From: Thermoanaerobaculia bacterium
GTDB lineage: Bacteria > Acidobacteriota > Thermoanaerobaculia > Multivoradales > Multivoraceae
Assembly (NCBI GenBank): GCA_035524895.1
Contig: DATLFI010000265.1
Coordinates: 1,026-65,025 of the forward strand
Direction: 5' to 3'
DNA length: 64,000 nucleotides
Under the pieces are notes generated by a model. It saw only the letters and a list, made by a program, of their open reading frames with translations. It made no database searches and was not told the origin of the DNA. Position 1 is the first letter of the stretch; each line of letters starts with the position of its first letter. Positions 46,336-55,021 of this stretch are shown one piece after another. The translations under genes were made by a program, and so were the position numbers.

Positions 46336-47019
46336 GTGGCTGGCCAGAGCCGGCCGGACCTCTTCCGGTGCGAGGGCTGCGAGGCCATCCACGAGAACTC
46401 CTTCGAGGGCCTGGGATCGAGCACCACGATCCCGCCCGCCGGCGAGCCTGGCGAGCGCATGGTCCTGCGCGGCCGCGTGCTCGAGCCCGACGGTGAGACG
46501 CCTGCCGCCAGCGTCGTGGTCTACGCGTACCACACCAACGCCGCGGGCGTGTACCCGCGCCGTGGTGACGAACGCGGCTGGGACCGACGGCATGGCTACC
46601 TGCGCGGCTGGGTGCTCGAGCCCGACGGTGAGACGCCTGCCGCCGGCGTCGTGGTCTACGCGTACCACACCAACGCCGCGGGCGTGTACCCGCGCCGTGG
46701 TGACGAACGCGGCTGGGACCGACAGCATGGCTACCTGCGCGGCTGGGTGAAGACCGACGGCTCCGGCGAGTATCGGTTCGAGACCATCCGTCCCGCGCCG
46801 TACCCTGGCGGGAGAGCGGCCGCGCACATCCACCTCACCGTCAAGGAGCCAGACCGCAAGGAGTACTGGATCGACGATGTGGTCTTCACCGACGATCCGG
46901 CGGTGACCGCCGCCTACCGAGCCCGTCAGCAGGACCGTGGCGGCTCCGGCATCGTCACACCCGAGCGCGGCGCCGAGGGCACCTGGCAGGTCCGTCGGGA
47001 CATCGTCCTCGAGCCCTAG
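46336..47019 (+). CDS. Intradiol ring-cleavage dioxygenase-like protein carrying an internal 45-aa tandem duplication
   Basis: C-terminal YRFETIRPAPYPGGRAAAHIHLTVKEPDRKEYWIDDVVFTDDP is an intradiol dioxygenase signature. GTG start. The stop TAG lies inside the palindrome at 47016. Confidence 0.6.
   Translation: MAGQSRPDLFRCEGCEAIHENSFEGLGSSTTIPPAGEPGERMVLRGRVLEPDGETPAASVVVYAYHTNAAGVYPRRGDERGWDRRHGYLRGWVLEPDGETPAAGVVVYAYHTNAAGVYPRRGDERGWDRQHGYLRGWVKTDGSGEYRFETIRPAPYPGGRAAAHIHLTVKEPDRKEYWIDDVVFTDDPAVTAAYRARQQDRGGSGIVTPERGAEGTWQVRRDIVLEP
46477..46746 (+). repeat. 135-bp direct tandem duplication x2 (2 mismatches), in-frame within the dioxygenase-like CDS
   Basis: Units 46477-46611 and 46612-46746 both encode VLEPDGETPAA(S/G)VVVYAYHTNAAGVYPRRGDERGWDR(R/Q)HGYLRGW. 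Confidence 0.85.
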
Positions 47020-47037
47020 GAGCCCACGGGCTCCTAG
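47016..47037. repeat. Short form of the CTAG-bounded element: near-perfect 22-bp palindrome CTAGGAGCCC-ac-GGGCTCCTAG
   Basis: 10-bp perfect arms. The first TAG is the stop codon of the dioxygenase-like gene. Confidence 0.7.
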
Positions 47038-47081
47038 CCGAGCTTGGTCGCTGGACGCGCGGCGTATGCTTCGCCCCGCGC

Positions 47082-47699
47082 ATGATCCCGGCACGCGAAG
47101 CACTCGAGCGACTGCGCGCGGGCAACCGTCGCTTCGTCTCGTCCATCACCGACAACGGGGCGGCGATACCCGCTCCGCGACGCGCCGAGCTGGTGCAGGA
47201 GCAGCGACCGTTCGCGATCGTGCTCGGCTGCTCGGACTCGCGCGTGCCCGCCGAGATCGTCTTCGATCAGGGCCTCGGTGACCTCTTCGTGATCCGGGTC
47301 GCCGGCAACGTCGTGGCGTCTTCGCAGATCGGCAGCGTGGAATTCTGCGCCTCGCGCTTCGGCACCCGGCTGGTGGTGGTGCTGGGACACTCGCAATGCG
47401 GCGCCGTGCTCGCGACCATCGAGGAGCTGCAGCGGCCCGCGGAGAGCCAATCGCGCCACCTCCGCTCGATCGTCGACCGGGTGCGACCCTCGGTCGAGGC
47501 GCTGCTCGAGACCGAGCTCCGCCACGATCCGGAGGAGCTGGTGCGCCGTGCCGTGCGTGCCAATGTCGCGGTGTCGGTGAATCACCTGCGATACGGCTCG
47601 GAGGTCCTGGAGCAGCTCATCCAGAACGAGGGTCTGGTCGTCGTGGGAGCCGAGTACTCGCTCGAGACGGGCGTGGTCGAGCTCTTGGAGGACGAGTAG
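47082..47699 (+). CDS. Beta-class carbonic anhydrase
   Basis: CSDSRV ... HSQCG zinc-ligand motifs are present (AIVLGCSDSRVPAEIVF, VVVLGHSQCGAV). Confidence 0.8.
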   Translation: MIPAREALERLRAGNRRFVSSITDNGAAIPAPRRAELVQEQRPFAIVLGCSDSRVPAEIVFDQGLGDLFVIRVAGNVVASSQIGSVEFCASRFGTRLVVVLGHSQCGAVLATIEELQRPAESQSRHLRSIVDRVRPSVEALLETELRHDPEELVRRAVRANVAVSVNHLRYGSEVLEQLIQNEGLVVVGAEYSLETGVVELLEDE

Positions 47700-47816
47700 C
47701 CGACTGGGACCCGATACGCGGCAGGGTACGAGTCTCGATGATCAGGAGGTCGACGTGAAGGAAGCAGTGTAGCGACACGACCGGCCGTGAAGCGGCGCGC
47801 GCGCGGCGGCGAGCGA

Positions 47817-48890
47817 TCAGCCGCCGGTCGTCTCCCTGCCTCGCAGCTTGCCGCCTGGGGCTCCGACCATCAGCTTCACCAGCTCCTCGGTCACATTCGG
47901 TTCGAGGCCTTCGGTGTGCCCCTTGTCGATGCGCACCACGTCGGCGACCACGCGACCGCCGGCGCAGCTCGGATAGCTCGTGACGTGAGCCGTGCCGGGT
48001 CGTGGAAGCCTGCCCCAAGCGGGAGTCGGCGGGTCCTGTCGCCGGGTGTCGAAGACGTACCCAGCCTTGGTATCGACCACCTCTCGTGGCTCGCTCTGCG
48101 GGCCGCACTGGTACTTCTCGGCCCATTCGGATTTCTCCGGCAGGCCCTTCTCGTCCATCTCGAGCTGGCCGGTGGTGAAGACGAACGAGAAGTCGCAGGT
48201 CGGCTCGACGATCTGGAACGAAGGACGCGGCGCATCGGCGGTCGCAGCGCCGCCGGCAGGGCGGGTGGGGCGGAAGCCGAAGTCGACCCGTCCCGGCGAT
48301 CCGCCGAGGCGACCGCCCGAGAGACTCAGGAAGCCGTCGACCTTGTCCGCGAAGAAGTCGCTGCACACGATGCGGCGCGAGGTCATGCCGCCTTGCGAGT
48401 GCCCGGCAAGCCAGAACGCCTTCACGTTCTCCTTGCCGATCCGTTCGAGGACCGAGTCCACGATGTCGCGCAGGTACGGGTCGTCGACGTCGGTCCACAC
48501 CTGCGTCGGCGAGCTCGGCGTAGCGACGACCAGGCGGTACTGGTCGACGAAGTCGAGGATCGGGAAGTAGTGGCGCTGCCAGTTCGCGTACGAGCCGCCG
48601 CCGTGGAGGCTGAGCACGAAGGTGACCTCCTCCCCGGGCTTCAGATCGCACGGGTAGTCGAGGAAGTAGGTGCGCCGGCTGTTCATCTCGACTTCCGGAC
48701 CAGGGTTGATGACACGGTCCCCGGTGCAGTCCTGGTCGGGACAGTGGAGAAAGGCGGGCCGAGTGCAGGGTGTTCGCGAGAGCTGGAGCGTCTCCCCGGC
48801 GGTCTCCTGGGGAAACACCTGGCCGGCGGAGGCCAGCAGCCACAGCGTTCCCAAGAGCGGCAGCACGCGAATCGTCGTCTTTCTCTTCAT
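47817..48890 (-). CDS. Secreted alpha/beta-hydrolase esterase (PHB-depolymerase/LpqC-like)
   Basis: Signal peptide [28 protein letters not shown]. The nucleophile elbow is AGHSQGG, with LSLHGGG nearby. Confidence 0.6.
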   Translation of the reverse strand: MKRKTTIRVLPLLGTLWLLASAGQVFPQETAGETLQLSRTPCTRPAFLHCPDQDCTGDRVINPGPEVEMNSRRTYFLDYPCDLKPGEEVTFVLSLHGGGSYANWQRHYFPILDFVDQYRLVVATPSSPTQVWTDVDDPYLRDIVDSVLERIGKENVKAFWLAGHSQGGMTSRRIVCSDFFADKVDGFLSLSGGRLGGSPGRVDFGFRPTRPAGGAATADAPRPSFQIVEPTCDFSFVFTTGQLEMDEKGLPEKSEWAEKYQCGPQSEPREVVDTKAGYVFDTRRQDPPTPAWGRLPRPGTAHVTSYPSCAGGRVVADVVRIDKGHTEGLEPNVTEELVKLMVGAPGGKLRGRETTGG

Positions 48891-48903
48891 GACGTTCTCC
48901 TTG

Positions 48904-50622
48904 TCAGGCCGGCGAGGACGGTTGCGGGCGTGGCGTCTCGCTGCGCCCCAGGATCTCGCGCACGGGCGCCATGTAGTCGTCGACGATCGCGGGCTCGGTG
49001 TCGAAGACCATGGTCGCCCGGCGCTTCGTGTCGTACTCCGGCCAGGGGAGCTCCGGTGTGCTCGGGTTGCCGGTGCGCGCGAACGCGACCCAGGCCCCGC
49101 TCGTGAGCTGCTCGAGCCGCCGGGTCTCCGGCGCGTCGCCCAGCAGGATGGGTCCCTTGTCGACGTTGTGGAAGACGAAGGGGATCTCGATCGTATGCGG
49201 CGCCCGCAGGATGCCTTTGTCGACCGGCGCGTGCCAGCGGTACACCCAGAGGTAGGCCGGTGTCGGCTGTGCGCTCTTGCGCTCGCCGAGGCGGACAGAC
49301 CCGCCGAACACGCGCGCCGAAGTCACGTCGGTGTAGAGATAGCGCGGGGGGTCGTCCGGACGCAGCTCCCGGAACGCGGCGAGCAGCGCTTCAGCTTGCT
49401 CGCCGGGCAGCTCCGCGACACGCGCGACGAGCCCCTCGTCGGTGAGGTCGCGCCACCACGCGTGGCCGCAGTTGTAGAGCGTCTGCTCGTCCTGGGTGCA
49501 GCCGACCATGACCGGCACGCCCGCTGCCAGCGGCGACGCCTCCGGATCGAACGGGTGGTGGGCGATGTCCTCGCCGTCCATCACCGGGCCGTATCTCCTG
49601 CTCGCCTTGGCCGCTGCCGCGAGCAGGTTCTCCGCAGGGACCTGCTGCAGCGCTGCGACGTCGGTCCTCGAGAGGCCGAGCTCGGCGAGCAGCTTCTCGG
49701 CGGTCGCCGCCGAGGCTTCGGGATCGCCGCTGCGCAGCGCCGAGCCGCTCTGGATGCTCGCCTTGTGGAAGAGCCCGCGGGCGGCTGGCGTTGCGAGCAG
49801 GTTGCAGACCTTGGCGCCGCCTCCCGACTGCCCGAAGATGGTGACGTTGCCGGGGTCGCCACCGAAGGCCGCGATGTTGTCGCGCACCCACTCGAGCGAC
49901 GCCACGAGGTCGAGATGCCCGGCGTTCGCGGAGCGGGCATAGGCCTCGCCGCCGAGCGACGCCAGGTCGAGGTAGCCGAACGCGTTGAGCCGATGGTTCA
50001 CGGTCACCACGACGACGTCGTAGTGCAGCGCCAGGTTGTGGCCGTCGTAGGCCGGCCAGCTCCCGGAGCCGTAGTTGAAGCCGCCGCCGTGGAGCCACAC
50101 CAGCACCGGGCGATCTCTGCCGTCGCCGAGCCCCTTGGACCAGACGTTGAGAGCCAGGCAATCCTCGTGCTGGCGCAGGACGTCCTCGCGGCTCCCAAAG
50201 ACCTGCCCCAGCGCCGGTCCGACGTTGCCCGGGTAGCCGACGGCCGAGCCGCCGCTGGCAAGCTGCATCGCCGAGTGTGCGTAGCGCATGGTGTCCGCGA
50301 CGCCGGTCCACGGCTCGGGTCGGCGCGGCGGCATGAAGCGGAGCGAGCCCACCGGCGGCGCGCCGTAGCGCACCCCGAGGTAGGAGTGGACGCCGTCCTC
50401 GGTGAGCCCGCGCACGGGGCCGTTCGTGGTCTTCACCACGGGGCTCACTTGATCCGGCAGGGCGAACCCTCGCGGCGCGAACGCTGCGCCGAGCGTTGCG
50501 GTCACTCCCACCTTGAGGAACGCGCGGCGATCGACGGCGCGCTGTCGGCAGAAGCTCTGTTGGAAGCTGTTTGGATCGATCATCGCACCTGCGACCTCCT
50601 CGAGGATCCGGCTCTCATGCAT
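48904..50622 (-). CDS. Type-B carboxylesterase (para-nitrobenzyl-esterase-like) with twin-arginine signal
   Basis: [18 protein letters not shown] Tat motif. [15 protein letters not shown], nucleophile GQSGGG and an E..H triad region are present. An alternative start at 50583 is possible. Confidence 0.8.
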   Translation of the reverse strand: MHESRILEEVAGAMIDPNSFQQSFCRQRAVDRRAFLKVGVTATLGAAFAPRGFALPDQVSPVVKTTNGPVRGLTEDGVHSYLGVRYGAPPVGSLRFMPPRRPEPWTGVADTMRYAHSAMQLASGGSAVGYPGNVGPALGQVFGSREDVLRQHEDCLALNVWSKGLGDGRDRPVLVWLHGGGFNYGSGSWPAYDGHNLALHYDVVVVTVNHRLNAFGYLDLASLGGEAYARSANAGHLDLVASLEWVRDNIAAFGGDPGNVTIFGQSGGGAKVCNLLATPAARGLFHKASIQSGSALRSGDPEASAATAEKLLAELGLSRTDVAALQQVPAENLLAAAAKASRRYGPVMDGEDIAHHPFDPEASPLAAGVPVMVGCTQDEQTLYNCGHAWWRDLTDEGLVARVAELPGEQAEALLAAFRELRPDDPPRYLYTDVTSARVFGGSVRLGERKSAQPTPAYLWVYRWHAPVDKGILRAPHTIEIPFVFHNVDKGPILLGDAPETRRLEQLTSGAWVAFARTGNPSTPELPWPEYDTKRRATMVFDTEPAIVDDYMAPVREILGRSETPRPQPSSPA

Positions 50623-50640
50623 CCTCTGCCGAAGGCTCCG

Positions 50641-51408
50641 TCACGCGCTGCCGCCCACTTCGCTGCCGCTGCCGTCGCCCAGCACGCGCGCCACGACCTC
50701 GGCTGGAAAGGCCTCGGCATGCACCCGGCGTCGAGTTTCTCGGTAGGGCCACTCGGTGCCGAGCGGGCGCCAGCCGTAGCCGTCCAGCAGGAGGGCCTGG
50801 GAGAGCTCGACCGCGAGCCGAGGGCTCGCGACTCCCGACTGCTCCAGCGGCGTGTCCGAGCGCATTAGATTCGAGGCGCCCCAGCGGCCCGCCCACAGCA
50901 CGAACAGCAGGTCCTCGGGGCAGAGCGGAGAGGGTAGGCGGAGGTCGCCCGCGGCGATTGCCTCGCGGATCACGCTGGTGCCGAAGCTGACGGCGCGCAC
51001 GTCGAGCACCTTGAGATCGTCCTGGCGCTCGCGGCTGGTCTTGGCGCGCAGCGATGTCGAGGCAACGAACAGCTCCACCGGCAGGTCGCGCGGGGCCAGC
51101 AGCCCTTCGACCTCGCCGATCGCGAGCATCTTCTCGCGCGGTCGTCCGCGGAAGAGTACCGCCCGCTCGCAGAGCCTGACGCGGCGCGTCTTGCTCTGGA
51201 TCGCCAGCGCCAGGAGGATCTCTTCCTTGCAGGGGAAGTGCTTGTAGACCAGCGGCCGCGAGCAGCCCATCCGCTCCGCGATGAGCTCGATGCCGAAGCC
51301 GTCCCAACCCAGCTCCAGGAACGCCTCGCGCGCGATGCAGAGGATCTGCTGGGTCCGAGAAGCCGGAGCTTCGAACGTGCTGACTTGCTCGAGCGGGGAC
51401 GCGCACAT
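50641..51408 (-). CDS. TetR/AcrR-family transcriptional regulator
   Basis: The HTH is GFGIELIAERMGCSRPLVYKHFPCKEEIL. The start is at MCASPLEQ (CAT 51406-51408) with GGGGAGGG RBS. It lies 18 nt upstream of the carboxylesterase gene on the same strand. Confidence 0.7.
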   Translation of the reverse strand: MCASPLEQVSTFEAPASRTQQILCIAREAFLELGWDGFGIELIAERMGCSRPLVYKHFPCKEEILLALAIQSKTRRVRLCERAVLFRGRPREKMLAIGEVEGLLAPRDLPVELFVASTSLRAKTSRERQDDLKVLDVRAVSFGTSVIREAIAAGDLRLPSPLCPEDLLFVLWAGRWGASNLMRSDTPLEQSGVASPRLAVELSQALLLDGYGWRPLGTEWPYRETRRRVHAEAFPAEVVARVLGDGSGSEVGGSA

Positions 51409-51434
51409 GCTGCCCTCCCCGAAGGGGATTACCC

Positions 51435-51442
51435 GTCTAGAC
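51435..51442. promoter_or_regulatory. Perfect 8-bp palindrome GTCTAGAC 27 nt upstream of the TetR start; candidate operator. A TTGACA -35-like hexamer lies at 51493-51488 on the minus strand
   Basis: Read directly. Location is in the TetR 5' region. Confidence 0.25.
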
Positions 51443-51577
51443 ACTCGCGAGGTTGGAAAGGTTTACCCTGTCGCGATGGTGACGAGTTGTCAAGTCCTGA
51501 AAACGGGAGCCAACAGGGACGAAGCTCGAAGCAGATCGGCGATCCGAGTCTGGTGAGTGACAGATTGCCACCGTCGG

Positions 51578-51593
51578 CCCACGGGCTCCTAGG
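51578..51593. repeat. Half-site copy of the CTAG-bounded element (CCCACGGGCTCCTAGG) overlapping the stop codon (CTA = TAG on minus) of the M50-like gene
   Basis: It matches the right arm of the 47016 palindrome, including the flanking CCGAG. Confidence 0.55.
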
Positions 51594-52515
51594 CCGAGGG
51601 GAAGATGCGCGACCGATTCACCGCGACGAGGTGCGCGGCGAGCGGCGTCGCGAGCACCGTCAGGCAGAAGAGCACCGCGACCACGCCCAGGTCGACGCCG
51701 AGGAAGTCGTCGGCAAGGCGGCTCAGGTCCATCCAGTGACCGCCTCCCTTTGCTTGCTCGTAGGTGCGGCGGAAGGCGGCGCTCGCGAGGAGCTGCCAGC
51801 CGAAGAGGGCGTCGCTCGCGAGGACGAAGGCCGCGCAGGCTGCGTAGGTGCCGCGCTCGACGGGAGGCCAGTGCACCGGCGCCAAAGCGCGGTAGAGGCA
51901 CACCCCGGCGAGCAGGAGCTCGGCGCCGTGGCCGGCCGCCAGGACCAATGCATCGTGGAGCGGTGAAACCGTCGCGACCAGGTAGATCGCCCCGAGCGCG
52001 CCGGCAGGCCAGCGGGCGCGCGTGTTGCGCAGGTGCCACGCGAGCCAGGCCACTGCGACTGCGGCGAGGTATGCCAGCGGGGTCGAGCGCCCGAAGTGGA
52101 TCGACACGCCGCCGCCGTAGGCGAAGTCGAAGACTGGGATCGTCGGGTACCCGAACGCCCATCCCATCGCGGTGTGTCCGAGCTCGTGGAAGACCACGAG
52201 CGCGTAGGAGAGCGCGTAGCGCGTGAAGGGCAGGATCCACCAGCACAGACCCACTACGAGCCCGACGCCGACGGCGCGGCGATCGAGGCGGGTTGTCTCA
52301 GCCACCACGTCGCCGCGCAGCGGCGCGCGCGGGCTCCGCGGCCGGCGTAGTCCGGCCGACACGACGAGTGCCTTCTCCAGGATCACGCCGCAGGCTGGAC
52401 ACTCTTCGGCACTGCCGATCGCGACGCCGCCCGGGATGGGCGTCGCGAGCGGCGCGGTGCACTTCGGGCACTCGGTTACCGGGGCCTCGGGCTCGGGGCG
52501 GTACAGGGATCTCAT
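51589..52515 (-). CDS. Membrane zinc-metalloprotease-like protein (HExxH in a TM helix, M50/S2P-like) with N-terminal CxxC...CxxC zinc ribbon
   Basis: N-terminal CPKCTAPL...CPACGVIL. The TM-embedded motif is LVVFHELGHTAMGWAFGYP. Start MRSLYRPEP (CAT 52513-52515). Confidence 0.45.
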   Translation of the reverse strand: MRSLYRPEPEAPVTECPKCTAPLATPIPGGVAIGSAEECPACGVILEKALVVSAGLRRPRSPRAPLRGDVVAETTRLDRRAVGVGLVVGLCWWILPFTRYALSYALVVFHELGHTAMGWAFGYPTIPVFDFAYGGGVSIHFGRSTPLAYLAAVAVAWLAWHLRNTRARWPAGALGAIYLVATVSPLHDALVLAAGHGAELLLAGVCLYRALAPVHWPPVERGTYAACAAFVLASDALFGWQLLASAAFRRTYEQAKGGGHWMDLSRLADDFLGVDLGVVAVLFCLTVLATPLAAHLVAVNRSRIFPSA

Positions 52516-52630
52516 GCCGGGCGTAGCCTTGGACGATGCGGAGCCCGTCCGTCGGGCACTTCCTTCGACGAGAGAACTTATCCGGTGGAGCGCCGTACCC
52601 ACCGTCGATTCGCCTCCGCGGAGATTCCCC

Positions 52631-54049
52631 ATGCCCGAGGGCAGAGAAGCAACGACGATGTTCGTGAACCGGCAGCGCCGGTGCGGCGCTTCGACGTTGG
52701 AGGCGCTGGGCCTGATCGCGGTGGCGATGTTGGATCCGGCGGCGCTGCTGGCGTCGTCCGAGGCGTTCGCGCTGCGCGGCGCGACGGTGCTGCCGATGAA
52801 CGGCGCGGCTTCTCAGCCGCGGCAGACCGTGCTCGTGCGCGAGGGACGGATCGAAGCTGTCGGCCCGGCCGGCGTGGTCGAGATCCCGGATGGGACGCGG
52901 ATCGTCGATGTGGCCGGCAAGTTCGTGCTCCCCGGTCTCGCCGACCTGCACGTCCACATCAAGCGACCCAACGCCGATGTCGAACGGCTGCTGGCGCTCT
53001 TCCTACGACACGGCGTGACGACGGTGCTCAGCCTCGACGGAGGACCCACCGTGCTTTCTCTCCGTGGGAAGATCGAATCCGGCTCGCGGCTCGGGCCACG
53101 TGTGTTCACGACGGGTCCGATCATTCGGGGCTCGGACACCATGACCCGCGAGGACGGCGAGAGGATCGCGCGCGAGCAGGTCGCTGCGGGCTACGACTTG
53201 CTGAAGGTCTACAACCAGATCTCTGCCGACGGCTACGCGGGGCTCGTCGCCGAGGCGAAGGGGGCACGCGTACCGGTGATCGGGCACGCGGTGCGCTCGG
53301 TGGGCATCGACGGCGCGCTTGCGAACGGCCAGCACATCGCGCACATGGAGGAGCTGGTCTACGGCTACTTCACCTGGAAGTCGAATGAGCGCGAAGACCT
53401 CCCCGAGGACGTGGTGGACCGTCTCGACCTGCTGCTGGATCCCGTCAAGGTTCCCGACCTCGCGCGCCGCGTCGCCGAGGCGGGGGTCTTCGTGATCCCC
53501 AACCTCACCGCCTACCATCACATCCTGCTCCAGGTCGAGGATCTCGACCGCGTGTTGGCGCGGCCCGAGGTTGCACTGATGCCTCGGCTCATGACGCAGT
53601 CGTGGGTGCGAGAGAAGAACGGCTACACCAACCGCGAGGATCCCGAACGGTTCCGTCGTGGTCTCGGCCGGACGTTTCCGTTCCTGCAGCAGCTCACCGC
53701 CGCGTTCCAGTCCGCCGGAGTGCCGCTGTTGCTGGGTACCGACGTCGGCATTCCGGTGATCGTCGCCGGCACGTCTGTGCACGACGAGCTCGAGGAGCTG
53801 GTGGCCGCCGGTTTGACCCCCGAGCAAGCCCTCGCGACCGCCACCCGCAACCCTGCGCGCTTCCTGGGCCTCGCCGACGGCGGCACCGTCGAGGTGGGGA
53901 AGCGAGCCGACCTGCTGCTCCTGGGCGCCGATCCGCTACTCGACATCCGCAACAGCCGGAGCATCGCGGGCGTCGTGGTCGCGGGCAGGTTCCTCGACGT
54001 CGAGGCGCTCGACGGGCTGCTCGCCGCGAGCGCGAGCCCGCCGCAGTAG
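52631..54049 (+). CDS. Amidohydrolase-family metal-dependent hydrolase (secreted)
   Basis: The beta-sandwich N-part is LVREGRIEAVGPAGVVEIPDGTRIVDVAGKFVLPGLADLHVHI (HxH metal site). The C-terminal segment is DVGIPVIVAGTSVHDELEELVAAGLTPEQAL. In-frame ATG 52667 is an alternative start. Confidence 0.65.
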   Translation: MPEGREATTMFVNRQRRCGASTLEALGLIAVAMLDPAALLASSEAFALRGATVLPMNGAASQPRQTVLVREGRIEAVGPAGVVEIPDGTRIVDVAGKFVLPGLADLHVHIKRPNADVERLLALFLRHGVTTVLSLDGGPTVLSLRGKIESGSRLGPRVFTTGPIIRGSDTMTREDGERIAREQVAAGYDLLKVYNQISADGYAGLVAEAKGARVPVIGHAVRSVGIDGALANGQHIAHMEELVYGYFTWKSNEREDLPEDVVDRLDLLLDPVKVPDLARRVAEAGVFVIPNLTAYHHILLQVEDLDRVLARPEVALMPRLMTQSWVREKNGYTNREDPERFRRGLGRTFPFLQQLTAAFQSAGVPLLLGTDVGIPVIVAGTSVHDELEELVAAGLTPEQALATATRNPARFLGLADGGTVEVGKRADLLLLGADPLLDIRNSRSIAGVVVAGRFLDVEALDGLLAASASPPQ

Positions 54050-54151
54050 GGGTCCACGCGGGCCGGCTAGCATCGTCACGCCGTGAGCAGCGCTCCGCAG
54101 CGGATGGGCCCTCGCTCCACGATCCCTCGATCGCCGCCAGGGGCCGCGTAG

Positions 54152-55021
54152 GTGGACCTGGTGGTCCTCGCTGCGGGAATCGGCAGCCGGTTCGGCGGCG
54201 ACAAGCAGCTCGTCGCGGTCGGTCCCGGCGTCGAGACGCTTCTCGACTACACGCTCTTCGACGCGGCCCGAGCCGGCTTCGCGCGTGCGGTGCTGGTGGT
54301 GCGTCCCGAGATGGATGACGGCTTCCGCCGGTGCGCCGAAGCTCGGTACCGCGGGCGGATCGCCGTGCAGGTCGTGGAGCAGACACTGGAAGCGTCTCCT
54401 TTGGGCGGCGGCGAGCCGCCGCTCGGGCGGCACAAGCCTTGGGGCACCGCTCACGCCGTTCTGGCTGCCGAGCAGGCGGTGCGCGGTCCCTTCGCGGTGG
54501 TCAACGCCGACGACTTCTACGGCGCGGAGGCGTTCGAGGCGGCAGCGCGGTTCCTGCGCGAAGGCCCGACCGCGTCCGGGTCGCCGGCCTGGGCGCTCGC
54601 GGCCTATCGCCTCGGTGACACGCTCTCGAAGGAGGGCGCGGTGAACCGCGCTCTCTGCCGCGTCGACGACGCGGGGTGCCTGGTCGACTTGCAGGAGCGT
54701 TCCTTGGGCATGCCGGATGCCGCAGGCGAGGGCGACTCGCTGGTGTCCATGAACTTCTGGTGCTTCGATCGAACCGTGTTCGACCTGCTGCGTACCGGTT
54801 TCGCCGACTTCGTCGCGACCGCCGACCTGCAGCACGACGAGTACCGCTTGCCCGATGCGCTACGAGCCGGGATCGCGCGGCGTAAGGCGCGCGTGCGGTT
54901 GCTGCGCCACGGCGGTCGCTGGTTCGGCCTGACCTACCCGCAGGACGTCGCGATCGTGCGCGAGCGGTTGCGGCGACTCGTCGAGCAGGGACGCTACCCG
55001 GCGAGTCTCTGGGCGCGTTGA
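54152..55021 (+). CDS. Sugar-phosphate nucleotidyltransferase-family protein
   Basis: The NTP_transferase signature is LVVLAAGIGSRFGGDKQL, with GTAHAVLAA. GTG start. Confidence 0.6.
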   Translation: MDLVVLAAGIGSRFGGDKQLVAVGPGVETLLDYTLFDAARAGFARAVLVVRPEMDDGFRRCAEARYRGRIAVQVVEQTLEASPLGGGEPPLGRHKPWGTAHAVLAAEQAVRGPFAVVNADDFYGAEAFEAAARFLREGPTASGSPAWALAAYRLGDTLSKEGAVNRALCRVDDAGCLVDLQERSLGMPDAAGEGDSLVSMNFWCFDRTVFDLLRTGFADFVATADLQHDEYRLPDALRAGIARRKARVRLLRHGGRWFGLTYPQDVAIVRERLRRLVEQGRYPASLWAR

